NCBI GenBank assembly: GCA_900546385.1
Contig: URCT01000001.1
Span: 27,597 to 91,596 of the forward strand
Source: an uncultured Eubacteriales bacterium
GTDB taxonomy: Bacteria; Bacillota; Clostridia; Oscillospirales; CAG-382
Reading direction: 5' to 3'
Length of the DNA: 64,000 nucleotides
The notes under the pieces were generated by a model, which saw only the letters and a program-made list of their open reading frames with translations, ran no database searches and was not told the origin of the DNA. The translations under genes were made by a program, and so were the position numbers. Below are positions 8,123 through 17,771 of the stretch, piece by piece (position 1 is the first letter of the stretch; every line of letters begins with the position of its first letter).

Positions 8123-11100
8123 TTATACCATGCTATCCGGCTTGTTTGGTGAATAAATCTTGAATATTTCCTCCAATATCGCACCGATTCCGTCTGTCGA
8201 ATCCGCTTTGATGTTGTAGCACGGATTTTTGCCGAGCGAGGTCAACACCTTGCCGGGAAATTTCATGGCAAGCGCAACGGATTGCTCCTTGGTCGGCGGC
8301 GTGGACGGATACACGGCAAGCTTGCCGTTTTTGTACTCGATGCGCACAAGACCGATGGCGGATGCACGCGCACGGATCGAGGCGATGGTAAGAAGATTGC
8401 GCGTTTCTTTCGGGATCTCGCCGTAACGGTCGGTCAGCTCGTCAGCCACATCGTCGGCGTCGGCCTTGGTTTTGATTTCGGAAATGCGCTTGTACATTTC
8501 GATTCGTCCGGACGGACGCTTGATGTAGCGTTCGGGAATAAACGCGCTGATGCCGAGATCGACCGTGCATTCGGGCGTTTCCTTGACGGCTTCGCCTTTT
8601 TCTTCGAGGACGGCCTGTTCGAGGATCTTCACAAACAGCTCGTAGCCGACCGCCTCCATGTGGCCCGACTGTTCCGCACCCAAAAGATTGCCTGCACCGC
8701 GGATCTCAAGGTCGCGCATGGCGATTTTGAAGCCCGAACCGAATTCGGTGAATTCCTTGATGGCGACAAGCCGCTTTTGGGCGATTTCGTTGAGCAGGCT
8801 TTCCGGCTTGTAGGTTAAGTATGCAAACGCCCGACGGTTGGAGCGTCCCACGCGGCCGCGGATCTGATGAAGCTGGGCAAGTCCCATGCGGTCGGCATCC
8901 TCGATGATGAGCGTGTTGGCGTTGGGCACATCCACGCCGGTTTCGATGATGGTGGTGCACACAAGCACATCGATTTTTCCTTCGGTCATGTCGTACCAAA
9001 TCGAGGAGATTTCCTCTTTATCCATCTGCCCGTGCGCCACGGCCACATTCGCTTCCGGAACGGCTTCCTTGATATGTGCCGCTACGGTCATAATGTCCTC
9101 GACCTTGTTGTGCAGATAGAACACCTGACCGCCGCGCCGAAGCTCTTTTTTGATGGCTTCATGCAGAATTGTGCGGTCGTATTCGAGCACATACGTCTGC
9201 ACCGGATACCGGTCGACCGGTGCTTCCTCAAGCACCGACATATCGCGGATGCCTACCAGCGCCATGTTGAAGGTGCGCGGAATGGGCGTTGCGGTGAGCG
9301 TCAGCACATCCACCTGCTTTGCCATTTCTTTGAGCCGCTCCTTGTGCGCCACGCCGAAACGCTGTTCTTCGTCCACAATGAGCAGCCCCAAGTCCTTGAA
9401 TTTCACGTTTTTGCCGAGCAGCTTGTGCGTGCCGACCACAATGTCGGCTTCGCCGTTTTCCAATTTTTGCAGCACAAGTTTTGCGTTTTTGGGCGTCACA
9501 TAGCGCGACAGCATTTCGATGCGAAGCGGAAAGCCGTGCATACGTGAGCAGAATGTGCGGAAATGCTGAAACGCCAAAATCGTGGTCGGCACAAGAACCG
9601 CCACCTGCTTGCCGTCCATGACCGCCTTGAACGCGGCACGCAAGGCCACCTCGGTTTTGCCGAAGCCCACATCGCCGCAAAGGAGTCTGTCCATCGGACA
9701 CGGCTTTTCCATATCTTTTTTGATTTCGCGTACCGCCTGCAATTGCCCGTCGGTCTCCTCGTATTCGAAGCCGGCTTCAAATTCGCGCTGCCATTCGGTG
9801 TCGGGCGAAAAGGCATAGCCCGGACGGCGGCTGCGTTCGGCATACAGCGCGATTAACTCCTTGGCCATGTCCTTGGCGGCCTTTTTGGCGCGTGTTTTCT
9901 TTTTGATCCAGTCGCTGCCGCCCATTTTGGAAAGCACGACGTTGTCGCCCTTGCCGGAATATTTGGAGACCTTGTCAAGACCGTCGCACGGCACATAGAG
10001 TTGGTCTTTTCCGGCATATTTGATGGTGATGTAGTCGCGCGTCACGCCTGCCACCGTCAGCGTTTTGATGCCCATATACTGTCCGACGCCGTGCAGCTCA
10101 TGCACCACATAATCGCCCTCGGTAAGCTCCAAATAGGAAAGAATCTTCTTTTTGGCGGATTTTTTTGCTTTTTCGTTTGTCTTGACGGCGCGTGCCGATG
10201 CTTCTTGCGTGGAGGTGCTTTCGCAAAGGAAGGCAAAGCCGGTTTTGATTAGCTCAAAGCCGACATATTCTTCGCTCATATCGTCCTTGGGCATGAGATA
10301 GACATGGTTCTTGGAAAGCTCCGCGCACGGCATACCGCCGGAAACGACAGCGCTTATGCCGTGAGCGGCAAGCATATCGTAAAGCTCGGACGCGTGCGCC
10401 TTTCCGCGGACGCACAAAACCGTCCGACAGCCGCTTTTTAAGTATCCGGCGAGGTCGTCGCACAGAATATCGATGCCCGATTCGATGCTCACGGTCTGCC
10501 GGGAGGAGAATTCGAACAGTCCCGAAATTTCAAAATCCGGCGTGCCGGTGAACGGATCGGTCACGGCAGACGGGCGTTTGGTGAGAAGGTATTTCAGATC
10601 CTCGTAGTTTTTGCACCAAACACCGTCCGCAAGGCTCATTTCTCCGGCGGAGGCAAGGTCGGTGAGTGTTTCGTGCAGCTGGTATAAAAACGCATTTAGC
10701 CGCTCCTTGACGCGCGGATAGTCGCACACCACGCATAAGCCGCGCGCATAATCGAACAAGGTGGTAAAGTCGTCGTACAGATAGGGCAAATATTTGTCGG
10801 CGGCGGCAAAATCGGCGTTTTTATAAGCGATGCGCTCGGCCGAGAGCTTTTCGGCAAGCGTTTGATTTTTTTTGCGCAAGGCAGAAGTGATAAGCGCATC
10901 GATTTTTTCTTCGATAAGGGTGTATTTTTCGGGCGGAATCACCGTTTCGCGCACGGGCGTGACGGCAAACTCCGTCACATTTTCGGTGCGGCGCTGGGTC
11001 ATGGTGTCAAAAAAGCCGGCCGCGTCGATTTCATCGCCGAAAAATTCCAAACGGAGCGGATAGTCGTTATCCGGCACAAAAATATCGAGAATATCGCCGC

Positions 11101-11686
11101 GAAGCGAATACTGCCCGGCACCTTCGACGGTGTCGACGCGCACATAGCCGTATTCGTCAAGCGTCTTGACGAGCGCGGCGACCGGAACGGTGTCGCCGAT
11201 TTTCAAAGCTTTTCCTTTGCGCAGGTATTCCGCGGGCGGCAGCAGCGCAAGAGCCGCCTCCGGCACGGCAAGCACCGCGTCGCATTCGCCCGAAACAAGC
11301 GCGCGTAACACCTTTAAGCGTTCGTATTCCCATTCCTTCGAAAGCGCACCGACGTTATAAAAATTGAAGTCCCGCGCCGGAAACACATACACGTTTTCCA
11401 AAAACGCAGACAGTTTGCTTCGCATGGAATAGGCGGTCTTTTCGTCCGGAACGAGAATGAGCGGCGTTTTTTTGCCGTCTTCGCCCGTTAAAAAGGCACT
11501 TTCGGCGGCAAGAGAGGCGCATAACACGTTGCGCGCGCCGTCGGAAAGGCCGGTGATGAGCGAGGGTCCTTGCGAAAAACGGCTGCCGCCGGAAATGAAT
11601 TTATAAAGCGTGTTGTAGAGCTGCTTGTATTCGCTTTCGGAGCGAATCACTTCGCATAACATCTCTGAAATGCCGATTGCTGCCAT
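8123..11686 (-). CDS. mfd: Transcription-repair coupling factor.
   Basis: ORF track, 1187 aa. Motifs: GDVGFGKTEVALRAAF (Walker A), DEEQRFG, LTLTATPIPRT, and RGRVGRS in helicase motif VI. RBS GCAGGAGG. Confidence 0.97.
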   Translation of the reverse strand: MAAIGISEMLCEVIRSESEYKQLYNTLYKFISGGSRFSQGPSLITGLSDGARNVLCASLAAESAFLTGEDGKKTPLILVPDEKTAYSMRSKLSAFLENVYVFPARDFNFYNVGALSKEWEYERLKVLRALVSGECDAVLAVPEAALALLPPAEYLRKGKALKIGDTVPVAALVKTLDEYGYVRVDTVEGAGQYSLRGDILDIFVPDNDYPLRLEFFGDEIDAAGFFDTMTQRRTENVTEFAVTPVRETVIPPEKYTLIEEKIDALITSALRKKNQTLAEKLSAERIAYKNADFAAADKYLPYLYDDFTTLFDYARGLCVVCDYPRVKERLNAFLYQLHETLTDLASAGEMSLADGVWCKNYEDLKYLLTKRPSAVTDPFTGTPDFEISGLFEFSSRQTVSIESGIDILCDDLAGYLKSGCRTVLCVRGKAHASELYDMLAAHGISAVVSGGMPCAELSKNHVYLMPKDDMSEEYVGFELIKTGFAFLCESTSTQEASARAVKTNEKAKKSAKKKILSYLELTEGDYVVHELHGVGQYMGIKTLTVAGVTRDYITIKYAGKDQLYVPCDGLDKVSKYSGKGDNVVLSKMGGSDWIKKKTRAKKAAKDMAKELIALYAERSRRPGYAFSPDTEWQREFEAGFEYEETDGQLQAVREIKKDMEKPCPMDRLLCGDVGFGKTEVALRAAFKAVMDGKQVAVLVPTTILAFQHFRTFCSRMHGFPLRIEMLSRYVTPKNAKLVLQKLENGEADIVVGTHKLLGKNVKFKDLGLLIVDEEQRFGVAHKERLKEMAKQVDVLTLTATPIPRTFNMALVGIRDMSVLEEAPVDRYPVQTYVLEYDRTILHEAIKKELRRGGQVFYLHNKVEDIMTVAAHIKEAVPEANVAVAHGQMDKEEISSIWYDMTEGKIDVLVCTTIIETGVDVPNANTLIIEDADRMGLAQLHQIRGRVGRSNRRAFAYLTYKPESLLNEIAQKRLVAIKEFTEFGSGFKIAMRDLEIRGAGNLLGAEQSGHMEAVGYELFVKILEQAVLEEKGEAVKETPECTVDLGISAFIPERYIKRPSGRIEMYKRISEIKTKADADDVADELTDRYGEIPKETRNLLTIASIRARASAIGLVRIEYKNGKLAVYPSTPPTKEQSVALAMKFPGKVLTSLGKNPCYNIKADSTDGIGAILEEIFKIYSPNKPDSMV

Positions 11687-11722
11687 GATTTACCTCCTGC
11701 GGTAAAAATTTCCGGATTTCGC

Positions 11723-11752
11723 TTGACCAAGCGCACCGAAATTGGGTATAAT
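11723..11752 (+). promoter_or_regulatory. Sigma-A-type promoter for ldhA.
   Basis: TTGACC-18 nt-TATAAT, about 33 nt upstream of ATG 11785. Confidence 0.5.
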
Positions 11753-11784
11753 ACTATCATATAAGAAAGGATGTGCCAAACAAC

Positions 11785-12765
11785 ATGAAAAAAATCGCGT
11801 TTTTCGATACAAAGCCGTATGACCGCACGTATTTTGACAAGTACGGCAAAAATTACGAAATCACGTACTTTGAAGAAAAGCTCAACCACCATACCGCCAA
11901 AATCACGGAAGGCTTTGACGGCGTTTGCGCGTTTGTCAATTCCAACATAAACAAAATGGCCATCGAGCGTATGCACGAGCGCGGTGTGCAGATTCTTGCC
12001 ATGCGCTGTGCCGGTTTCAGCAATGTGGATATTGCCGCCGCTGCCGGGAAGCTTGCCGTTGTGCGCGTTCCGGCTTATTCGCCGCACGCGGTCGCCGAAC
12101 ACGCGCTTGCGCTTCTTTTGGCTCTCAACCGCCGCATTTACCGTGCGTATATCCGCACGCGCGACTTCAATTTCAACATCAACGGCCTTACCGGCATCGA
12201 TTTATACGGCAAGACTGCCGGCATCATCGGCACGGGAAAAATCGGCCGCACGTTTATCGATTTGTGCCGCGGTCTCGGCATGAAGGTCATCGCGTATGAC
12301 CCATATCCGGCCGAAGGAAGCGGCATCGAGTATGTGTCGCTCGACACGCTGTTTCGCGAAAGCGACGTAATTTCGCTCCATTGTCCTCTGACCGAATCGA
12401 GCTATCACATCATCGACCGTGAAGCTCTCGGAAAAATGAAGGACGGCGCGTTTCTTCTCAACACCTCGCGCGGTGCGCTTGTGGACAGTGAGGCACTTCT
12501 TGAAGTGCTGACTGCCGGGAAATTACGCGGTGCGGCACTCGACGTGTACGAGGAAGAAGCCAATCTGTTTTACGAAGATATGTCCGACAAAATCATCAAG
12601 GACGATACGCTTGCGCTGCTTGTCAGCCGCCCGAACGTGCTTATCACGTCCCACCAAGCGTTTTTGACCGAGGAAGCGCTTGACAACATTGCAAGCGTCA
12701 CCATTCAGAATTTTGACGAATTCTTTGCCGGAAAGCCGCTTACCAACGAGATTAAGCTCAAATAG
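11785..12765 (+). CDS. ldhA: D-lactate dehydrogenase (D-isomer-specific 2-hydroxyacid dehydrogenase).
   Basis: ORF track 11773..12765 starts at a GTG. I prefer ATG 11785 (MKKIAFF...). It is collinear with E. coli LdhA as I recall it: RCAGFSNVD, VVRVPAYSPHAVAEHA, LNRRIYRAY, GKTAGIIGTGKIGR, SLHCPLT, NTSRGALVD, TSHQAFLT. Confidence 0.85.
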   Translation: MKKIAFFDTKPYDRTYFDKYGKNYEITYFEEKLNHHTAKITEGFDGVCAFVNSNINKMAIERMHERGVQILAMRCAGFSNVDIAAAAGKLAVVRVPAYSPHAVAEHALALLLALNRRIYRAYIRTRDFNFNINGLTGIDLYGKTAGIIGTGKIGRTFIDLCRGLGMKVIAYDPYPAEGSGIEYVSLDTLFRESDVISLHCPLTESSYHIIDREALGKMKDGAFLLNTSRGALVDSEALLEVLTAGKLRGAALDVYEEEANLFYEDMSDKIIKDDTLALLVSRPNVLITSHQAFLTEEALDNIASVTIQNFDEFFAGKPLTNEIKLK

Positions 12766-12842
12766 CCGAAAACACCTTTGGGGACTGCCGCAAGCGACAG
12801 TCCCTGTATACGTTTGAGACTTCATTCAATTCGATTAAAAAA

Positions 12843-12868
12843 GGGCTTTTGCGCAAAATGCAAAGCCC
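12843..12868. terminator. Bidirectional terminator between convergent ldhA and rpmB.
   Basis: aaaaaaGGGCTTTtGC-gcaaaat-GCAAAGCCCtttttt. A-run on one side and T-run on the other. An additional hairpin GGGACTG...CAGTCCC lies at about 12782-12806. Confidence 0.75.
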
Positions 12869-12932
12869 TTTTTTGTGTGTCTGTCACGCAAGCTGTTTAA
12901 GCTCTATGAACAACCGGAAGAACCGGTAAAAA

Positions 12933-13121
12933 TCAAACCGCTCTGGTTACTTTGTTGGAACGGAGGCAGCGAGAGCATACGTTGACCGTCTTGTGCGTAC
13001 CGTTGTCAACAATCTTGACACGTCTGATGTTGGGTTTCCAGGCCCGGTTGGTCTTTCTGTGAGAGTGCGATACGTTGCAGCCGAAGGTAACGCCCTTTCC
13101 GCAGATTTCACATTTTGCCAT
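12933..13121 (-). CDS. rpmB: 50S ribosomal protein L28 (Cys-containing, Zn-ribbon form).
   Basis: ORF track, 62 aa: MAKCEICGKGVTFGCNVSHSHRKTNRAWKPNIRRVKI...VCSRCLRS. RBS TAGGAGGTG. Confidence 0.95.
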   Translation of the reverse strand: MAKCEICGKGVTFGCNVSHSHRKTNRAWKPNIRRVKIVDNGTHKTVNVCSRCLRSNKVTRAV

Positions 13122-13202
13122 TGTTTACACCTCCTAAGTGCTTGATGAACTTGAATGATCGCTTAAATCAAAATCCTGTCATCGTACAGGACAGCAAGGA
13201 TT

Positions 13203-13231
13203 ATTATAGCACCGCACGTTACAAATTGCAA
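13203..13231 (-). promoter_or_regulatory. Sigma-A-type promoter for rpmB.
   Basis: Minus strand reads TTGCAA-tttgtaacgtgcggtgc(17)-TATAAT. The leader is about 75 nt and contains the hairpin TCCTGT-acgatg-ACAGGA followed by TTTTGATTT (13174-13191). Confidence 0.55.
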
Positions 13232-13306
13232 GTGTTTTTTTGCAATTTTTACGATTTTTTTCGGCATTTATAAAAAGTTTACATTTTTAACCTCCCGAAA
13301 CGCACC

Positions 13307-15067
13307 TTATACACGGAGCGTATCGGCTTCATCGGGCTTCGGTTCGACGATTTTTTTGTTCTGTATCACGAAATGCCGGTTGCACACGGCAAGTGCGGCT
13401 TTTTTGTGCGTCACGATGATGCAGGTGCGGTTGGCAAGTGCCTTAAGATTGGTCAAAAGCTTTGCCTCGGTGGCTTCATCGAGAGCACTGGTGGCTTCGT
13501 CCAGCAACAGAATCGGCGCGTCCGAAAGCAGTGCTCTTGCAAACGACAGACGCTGAATCTGCCCTTCGGAAAGCCCCACGCCGTTTTCGCCGATGACCGA
13601 ATCAAGCTTATCCGGCAGAAGCTCCACAAACTCTTTGGCACAGGCGCAGCTTAACGCCTTGTCGATCTGTTCTTCCGAAACATCGCCCTTTGCCATAAAC
13701 AGCAAATTGTCGCGCAAGGAACCCGAAAACAGCATATTGCCCTGCGGCACATACGCAAACAGCGAACGGGTCGCGGCACTTAACGGAAGCTCGCCGTCCG
13801 CCAAAACGGCGGCAGCTCTTCCGGCTTCGATCGGATAAATGTCGAGAAGCACCTTAAACAGCGTGCTTTTGCCGATGCCGGACATACCGGTGATGGAGAC
13901 GAAATCGCCTTTATGGATCACACACGAGCAGTTTTCAAACACAGCCTTGTCCGCGTCGTACCGAAACGTAACGCCATGCACTTCAAGGCTTTTTAAGCGT
14001 GCATAGGTTTCGGCGGCATCGACGGCGTTTTCGCCTAACGAATCCTCCGGAAGCTCTTCGATTTCCATGAGCCGTTCCGCCGAGGAAAGTGCGGCGTAAT
14101 AGCGCGGCATGATGCCGGTCATGTTGGCAAACGGCTGCTGTACCTGCCCGACAAGCTGGTTGAGTGCTGTCAGCGTTCCGAAATCCATGGTTCCGGAAAA
14201 CAGACAAAACGCTCCATAGCCGATGGCAAACAGATGTCCCATGCGCACGACCACCGTTGTGCCCAAAAGGGAGAGGGTGCTGATAAGCGAACGCTTCATA
14301 CGCAGCTTGTAATGCTCGTTCATGAGATGATCGGATTTTTTGACGGCATTTTTTTCGCCGACAAACGATTTGATCACCATCAGGTTTTCAAAAATTTCCT
14401 GCCAGAACGACCGCATCCGGCCGTCGGCCTGCTGCATGGCGGCATGGTATTTCTGCACCAAGCCCTTGAACAGACGGGCGAAGAGGAAGATCAACACGCC
14501 GCCGGCACCGAACACTGCGGCAAATAACGGATTTAAGCGGATAAGCACCGCCATTGCGCACAAAAGCCGCACACTCATCATCACAACATTCGGAATGATG
14601 GTGGCTGCCGCGTCGGAGATAACACCGACATCGCCGGAAAGGCGATTGACCAAGTCGCCGGTGTGATGTGAGCGTAAGCTTGCATATCGCCGGGACAGCA
14701 TGCTTTCAAATACACGGGAGCGAAAGAGGATCTCCAAACGGCCCTTGCTGCGTTCGGTCATATAGCGCATGAGCGCATGAATGCCCAAAAGCGACAGCGC
14801 AACGAACAAATAAATGATCAAAAACCGAATCAAACGCTCACGGTTTCCGCGCGTGGCGCCGTTGATGATCTCACGCGTGAACAAGGCTGTTACCGTGCCG
14901 AATACCGCCCAGATTCCCTCACCGAAAATGATGAAAAGAATGCCGGAAAGCTCGGGACGGGCAACCTTGAAAATCCATTCAAGCGTTTTTCGCTTGGCAG
15001 CCTTGTCACGCTTTTTTCGGATATCGGACGGTGTGGGCTCTCTGTCCGGCCTGCCGAAATCTTTCAT
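13307..15067 (-). CDS. ABC exporter, fused permease/ATPase (MsbA/multidrug type).
   Basis: ORF track, 586 aa. An N-terminal 6-TM region is followed by GMSGIGKST (Walker A), LSEGQIQRLSFARAL (signature) and ILLLDEATSALD (Walker B). The start ATG overlaps the ytfJ stop (ATGA at 15064-15067). Confidence 0.9.
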   Translation of the reverse strand: MKDFGRPDREPTPSDIRKKRDKAAKRKTLEWIFKVARPELSGILFIIFGEGIWAVFGTVTALFTREIINGATRGNRERLIRFLIIYLFVALSLLGIHALMRYMTERSKGRLEILFRSRVFESMLSRRYASLRSHHTGDLVNRLSGDVGVISDAAATIIPNVVMMSVRLLCAMAVLIRLNPLFAAVFGAGGVLIFLFARLFKGLVQKYHAAMQQADGRMRSFWQEIFENLMVIKSFVGEKNAVKKSDHLMNEHYKLRMKRSLISTLSLLGTTVVVRMGHLFAIGYGAFCLFSGTMDFGTLTALNQLVGQVQQPFANMTGIMPRYYAALSSAERLMEIEELPEDSLGENAVDAAETYARLKSLEVHGVTFRYDADKAVFENCSCVIHKGDFVSITGMSGIGKSTLFKVLLDIYPIEAGRAAAVLADGELPLSAATRSLFAYVPQGNMLFSGSLRDNLLFMAKGDVSEEQIDKALSCACAKEFVELLPDKLDSVIGENGVGLSEGQIQRLSFARALLSDAPILLLDEATSALDEATEAKLLTNLKALANRTCIIVTHKKAALAVCNRHFVIQNKKIVEPKPDEADTLRV

Positions 15068-15591
15068 GCTTTTTCCTCTGCATCCGTCGGCTGTCCGGCG
15101 TCGGCAGTATCGGTGATCACCACCGTCGTCTCGGCGTTTTCCGAATCTTTTTCATTCTTTTTCTTGCCGAACAGGCCTCTGATTTTTTGGATGATATCGG
15201 GGGCTTTGTCGAGTGCGGCATCCAGACCGTTCACGGCTCCCAGCATGGCGTTGCCGAAATAGCCGGTATTTTCGCCGATATTGAGCAGTCTCGTTTCGCC
15301 GTCCGCCGTGATGACCAAAAAAGCGACCGGTGTGACCGTAACGGCTGTTCCGCCGCCACCGCCGAAATTGTCGGTGACGACCTTTTCGGTCTGCTCTTTC
15401 CGACGGTCCTTTTTTGCACCGTATTCGCCGCCGCCGAGAGCTGCACCGACCGAAACGCGCGAAACCGGGATAATGGTCACACCTTCGATGAGGGTAATCG
15501 GCTCTCCGATTACGGTCTTGGTATCGGCAATGCTTTTGACCTTATCGATGGTTTCTTTGATAACTTCACTCATCGGTTGTTTTTCCTGCAT
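15064..15591 (-). CDS. ytfJ: Sporulation protein YtfJ (GerW family).
   Basis: ORF track 15064..15600. ATG 15591 has better RBS spacing (GAAAGGA, 8 nt). IGEPITLIEGVTIIPVSRVSVGAALGGGEYG...GGGGGTAVTVTPVAFLVI matches YtfJ/GerW as I know it. Confidence 0.85.
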   Translation of the reverse strand: MQEKQPMSEVIKETIDKVKSIADTKTVIGEPITLIEGVTIIPVSRVSVGAALGGGEYGAKKDRRKEQTEKVVTDNFGGGGGTAVTVTPVAFLVITADGETRLLNIGENTGYFGNAMLGAVNGLDAALDKAPDIIQKIRGLFGKKKNEKDSENAETTVVITDTADAGQPTDAEEKA

Positions 15592-15630
15592 GATAGACAT
15601 CCTTTCTTTGCCGGCCTTCGAAAGCCGGCT

Positions 15631-16356
15631 TTATACGTTCTTTTTTACGGCAAGATAGGTTTTGGCGGCGTCAAAGGCCACACGCGTTAAAACCCATGCC
15701 CGGAAATTCAATTCGATATCCGCATCCATTTGTGCCGCTTCCGCCTGAAAATCCGCATATACGCCGATTTTGGCAGCCGTCGTGTCCAAGCGTTCAAAGC
15801 GGTCGCTTGTTTGCAAAAGCAAGGCAAGAGCCGTGTTCATGTGACCGAATAGCAGGGCCGTTTCGGAAGATTCTGTGCCTGCCGCGGTGAGTACCAACCG
15901 CCGGATGCGGATGCGTCCGTCGCCCGAAAGAAGCGTGAACGCTTCGGCAAGAAAAGCGGTTATCTTGCCGAGAAGAGCCGGAATATCCGTCTTTTCCTGC
16001 GGTTTTTGGGAGGTTTTCGCCGGTGATTTTTTGTGCGCATCGGCTTTTTTGGCTTTTGCGCTTTTTTGCGGCTTTTCGGGTGCTTCGCCGAATAAGCCGA
16101 ACGTTTGGGTGTAGCGGAGGATCTTCGGCTTTTTGGGCTTTTGCCGCCATGCGGCGCGCCACGCGGCAAGCTTTGTGATATTCGGATAGAAAACGCCGAC
16201 GCGTGCCAAAACCTCGACCGCGCCGTCCGCATGAACGCGAAGACGAAAGCCAATGCGTGCGCACAAAAGCAGCACGACGAGCACAAGCACGGCAAGAAGA
16301 GCGAAAAGCAGGATCTTTCCGCAGACGAGCAGCGCACCAAGAATCGCTTTTCCCAT
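15631..16356 (-). CDS. DUF2953/YtfI-like membrane protein.
   Basis: ORF track 15631..16383. I prefer ATG 16356 (RBS AAAGGAGG). It has an N-terminal TM segment (ILGALLVCGKILLFALLAVLVLVVLLL) and a Lys/Pro-rich middle. The position immediately upstream of ytfJ mirrors B. subtilis ytfI-ytfJ. Confidence 0.6.
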   Translation of the reverse strand: MGKAILGALLVCGKILLFALLAVLVLVVLLLCARIGFRLRVHADGAVEVLARVGVFYPNITKLAAWRAAWRQKPKKPKILRYTQTFGLFGEAPEKPQKSAKAKKADAHKKSPAKTSQKPQEKTDIPALLGKITAFLAEAFTLLSGDGRIRIRRLVLTAAGTESSETALLFGHMNTALALLLQTSDRFERLDTTAAKIGVYADFQAEAAQMDADIELNFRAWVLTRVAFDAAKTYLAVKKNV

Positions 16357-16398
16357 GCTTCCGCCTCCTTTTGCCCGATACATCCGATATTCCTTATT

Positions 16399-16427
16399 AT
16401 TGTACCACAGTTTGCCTTTTGTTGCAA
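16399..16427 (-). promoter_or_regulatory. Promoter-like element upstream of the ytfI-like gene.
   Basis: Minus strand reads TTGCAA-caaaaggcaaactgtgg(17)-TACAAT. A forespore sigma promoter might be expected for this operon, but none was recognised. Confidence 0.4.
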
Positions 16428-16488
16428 GTGTTTTTGTGAAGTTTTTGCCGCGAATCGGGCGAGAGAAAAGAATGCGTCGGCTGCGCGC

Positions 16489-16523
16489 AAAAAATCCCTT
16501 GCGATTTTTTGTCGCAAGGGATT
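16489..16523 (-). terminator. Intrinsic terminator after kdgK.
   Basis: Minus strand: AATCCCTTGCGA-caaaaaa-TCGCAAGGGATT followed by TTTT. It starts 26 nt after the stop at 16549. Confidence 0.85.
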
Positions 16524-16548
16524 GTGTGTCGAAAAGCGCAAAGCTGTT

Positions 16549-17580
16549 TTATCTCTGCACGCGTCCGGAACCGCCCGATTTCAAAAGGTTTTCGACCTCG
16601 GCAACCGTCACCATGTTGTAGTCGCCCTCAATGGTGTGCTTGAGCGCAGAAGCGGCTACGGCAAACTCAATGGCACTCTGCGTGTCTTTGCCGGTGAGCA
16701 GCGAATAGATAAGACCCGCACCGAACGAATCGCCGCCGCCGACGCGGTCAACGATGTGCAGATCGTATTTCTTGGAGAAGCAATAGTTTTCGCCGTCGTA
16801 TAACATGGCCGCCCAACGGTTGTCGTTGGCGGAAATGCTTTCGCGAAGCGTGATGGCTACCTTTTCAAAGCCGAATCTGTCCATGAGCTGTTTGGCAACG
16901 CTCTTGTAGGATTCATGGTTGACAACGCCCTTTTCCACGTCCGTGTTTTCCGCTTTGATGCCGAACACGTCGCCGGCGTCCTCTTCGTTGGCGATGCAGA
17001 CGTTGACATACGGCATAAGCTCGGCCATGACCTTGCCGGCCTTTTCGCGCGTCCACAGTTTCTTACGGTAGTTGAGGTCGCAGCTGACCTTGATGCCCTT
17101 GGCTTTGCAGACCTTGAGTGCATCGAGTACGATCTCGGCCACATTGTCGCCGAGTGCCGGCGTGATGCCCGTGAAATGGAACCAATCCGCACCGTCCAAA
17201 ATCTTTTCCCAGTCGAAATCCGAACGCTCGGCAAGCGCGATGGCCGAATAGGCTCTGTCGTAAATGACCTTCGACGGACGCACCGATGCGCCCTTTTCGA
17301 TGTAATAAATGCCCATACGGTCGCCGCCGCGCGTCACGCACGAGGTGTCCACGCCGAAATAGCGCAGCGAATTTTCCGCCATTTGGCCGATTTCATGCTT
17401 CGGGAATTTGGAAACATAGGCCGAATCGAGGCCGAAGTTCGCAAGAGAAACCGAGACGTTCGCCTCACCGCCGCCAAAGGTGGCTTCAAAGGTGTCAGCC
17501 TGCAAAAAGCGTGTGTAGAGGTTCGGCTGCAAACGAAGCATTAACTCGCCGAAGCAAACGGTTCTGAAATTCTTTTCCAT
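16549..17580 (-). CDS. kdgK: 2-dehydro-3-deoxygluconokinase (PfkB-family sugar kinase).
   Basis: ORF track, 343 aa. FGGGEANVSVSLANFG near the N-terminus and VDRVGGGDSFGAGLIYSL near the C-terminus (PfkB signatures). Length and overall pattern are typical of KdgK. Confidence 0.8.
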   Translation of the reverse strand: MEKNFRTVCFGELMLRLQPNLYTRFLQADTFEATFGGGEANVSVSLANFGLDSAYVSKFPKHEIGQMAENSLRYFGVDTSCVTRGGDRMGIYYIEKGASVRPSKVIYDRAYSAIALAERSDFDWEKILDGADWFHFTGITPALGDNVAEIVLDALKVCKAKGIKVSCDLNYRKKLWTREKAGKVMAELMPYVNVCIANEEDAGDVFGIKAENTDVEKGVVNHESYKSVAKQLMDRFGFEKVAITLRESISANDNRWAAMLYDGENYCFSKKYDLHIVDRVGGGDSFGAGLIYSLLTGKDTQSAIEFAVAASALKHTIEGDYNMVTVAEVENLLKSGGSGRVQR

Positions 17581-17654
17581 GAGAGTTCTGTCCTTTCTGT
17601 GATTGACTTTTCCGCTTTCGCCGGATCACTGTGGCAAAAAGCCGAAAATGCACC

Positions 17655-17683
17655 TTGCAAAGTTCCGGGAAATACGATATAAT
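17655..17683 (+). promoter_or_regulatory. Sigma-A-type promoter for rlmH.
   Basis: TTGCAA-agttccgggaaatacga(17)-TATAAT, about 88 nt upstream of ATG 17772. It lies back to back with the kdgK promoter. Confidence 0.55.
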
Positions 17684-17694
17684 AGATCGTGATT

Positions 17695-17723
17695 ATTGTA
17701 CCATGCTTTCGGACGCGTGTCAA
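17695..17723 (-). promoter_or_regulatory. Sigma-A-type promoter for kdgK.
   Basis: Minus strand reads TTGACA-cgcgtccgaaagcatgg(17)-TACAAT with an upstream TG. The leader is about 110 nt. Confidence 0.55.
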
Positions 17724-17771
17724 CGATTGCAGGGGAAAATAATCGGATTATACAAATTTCGGAGATTTTTT

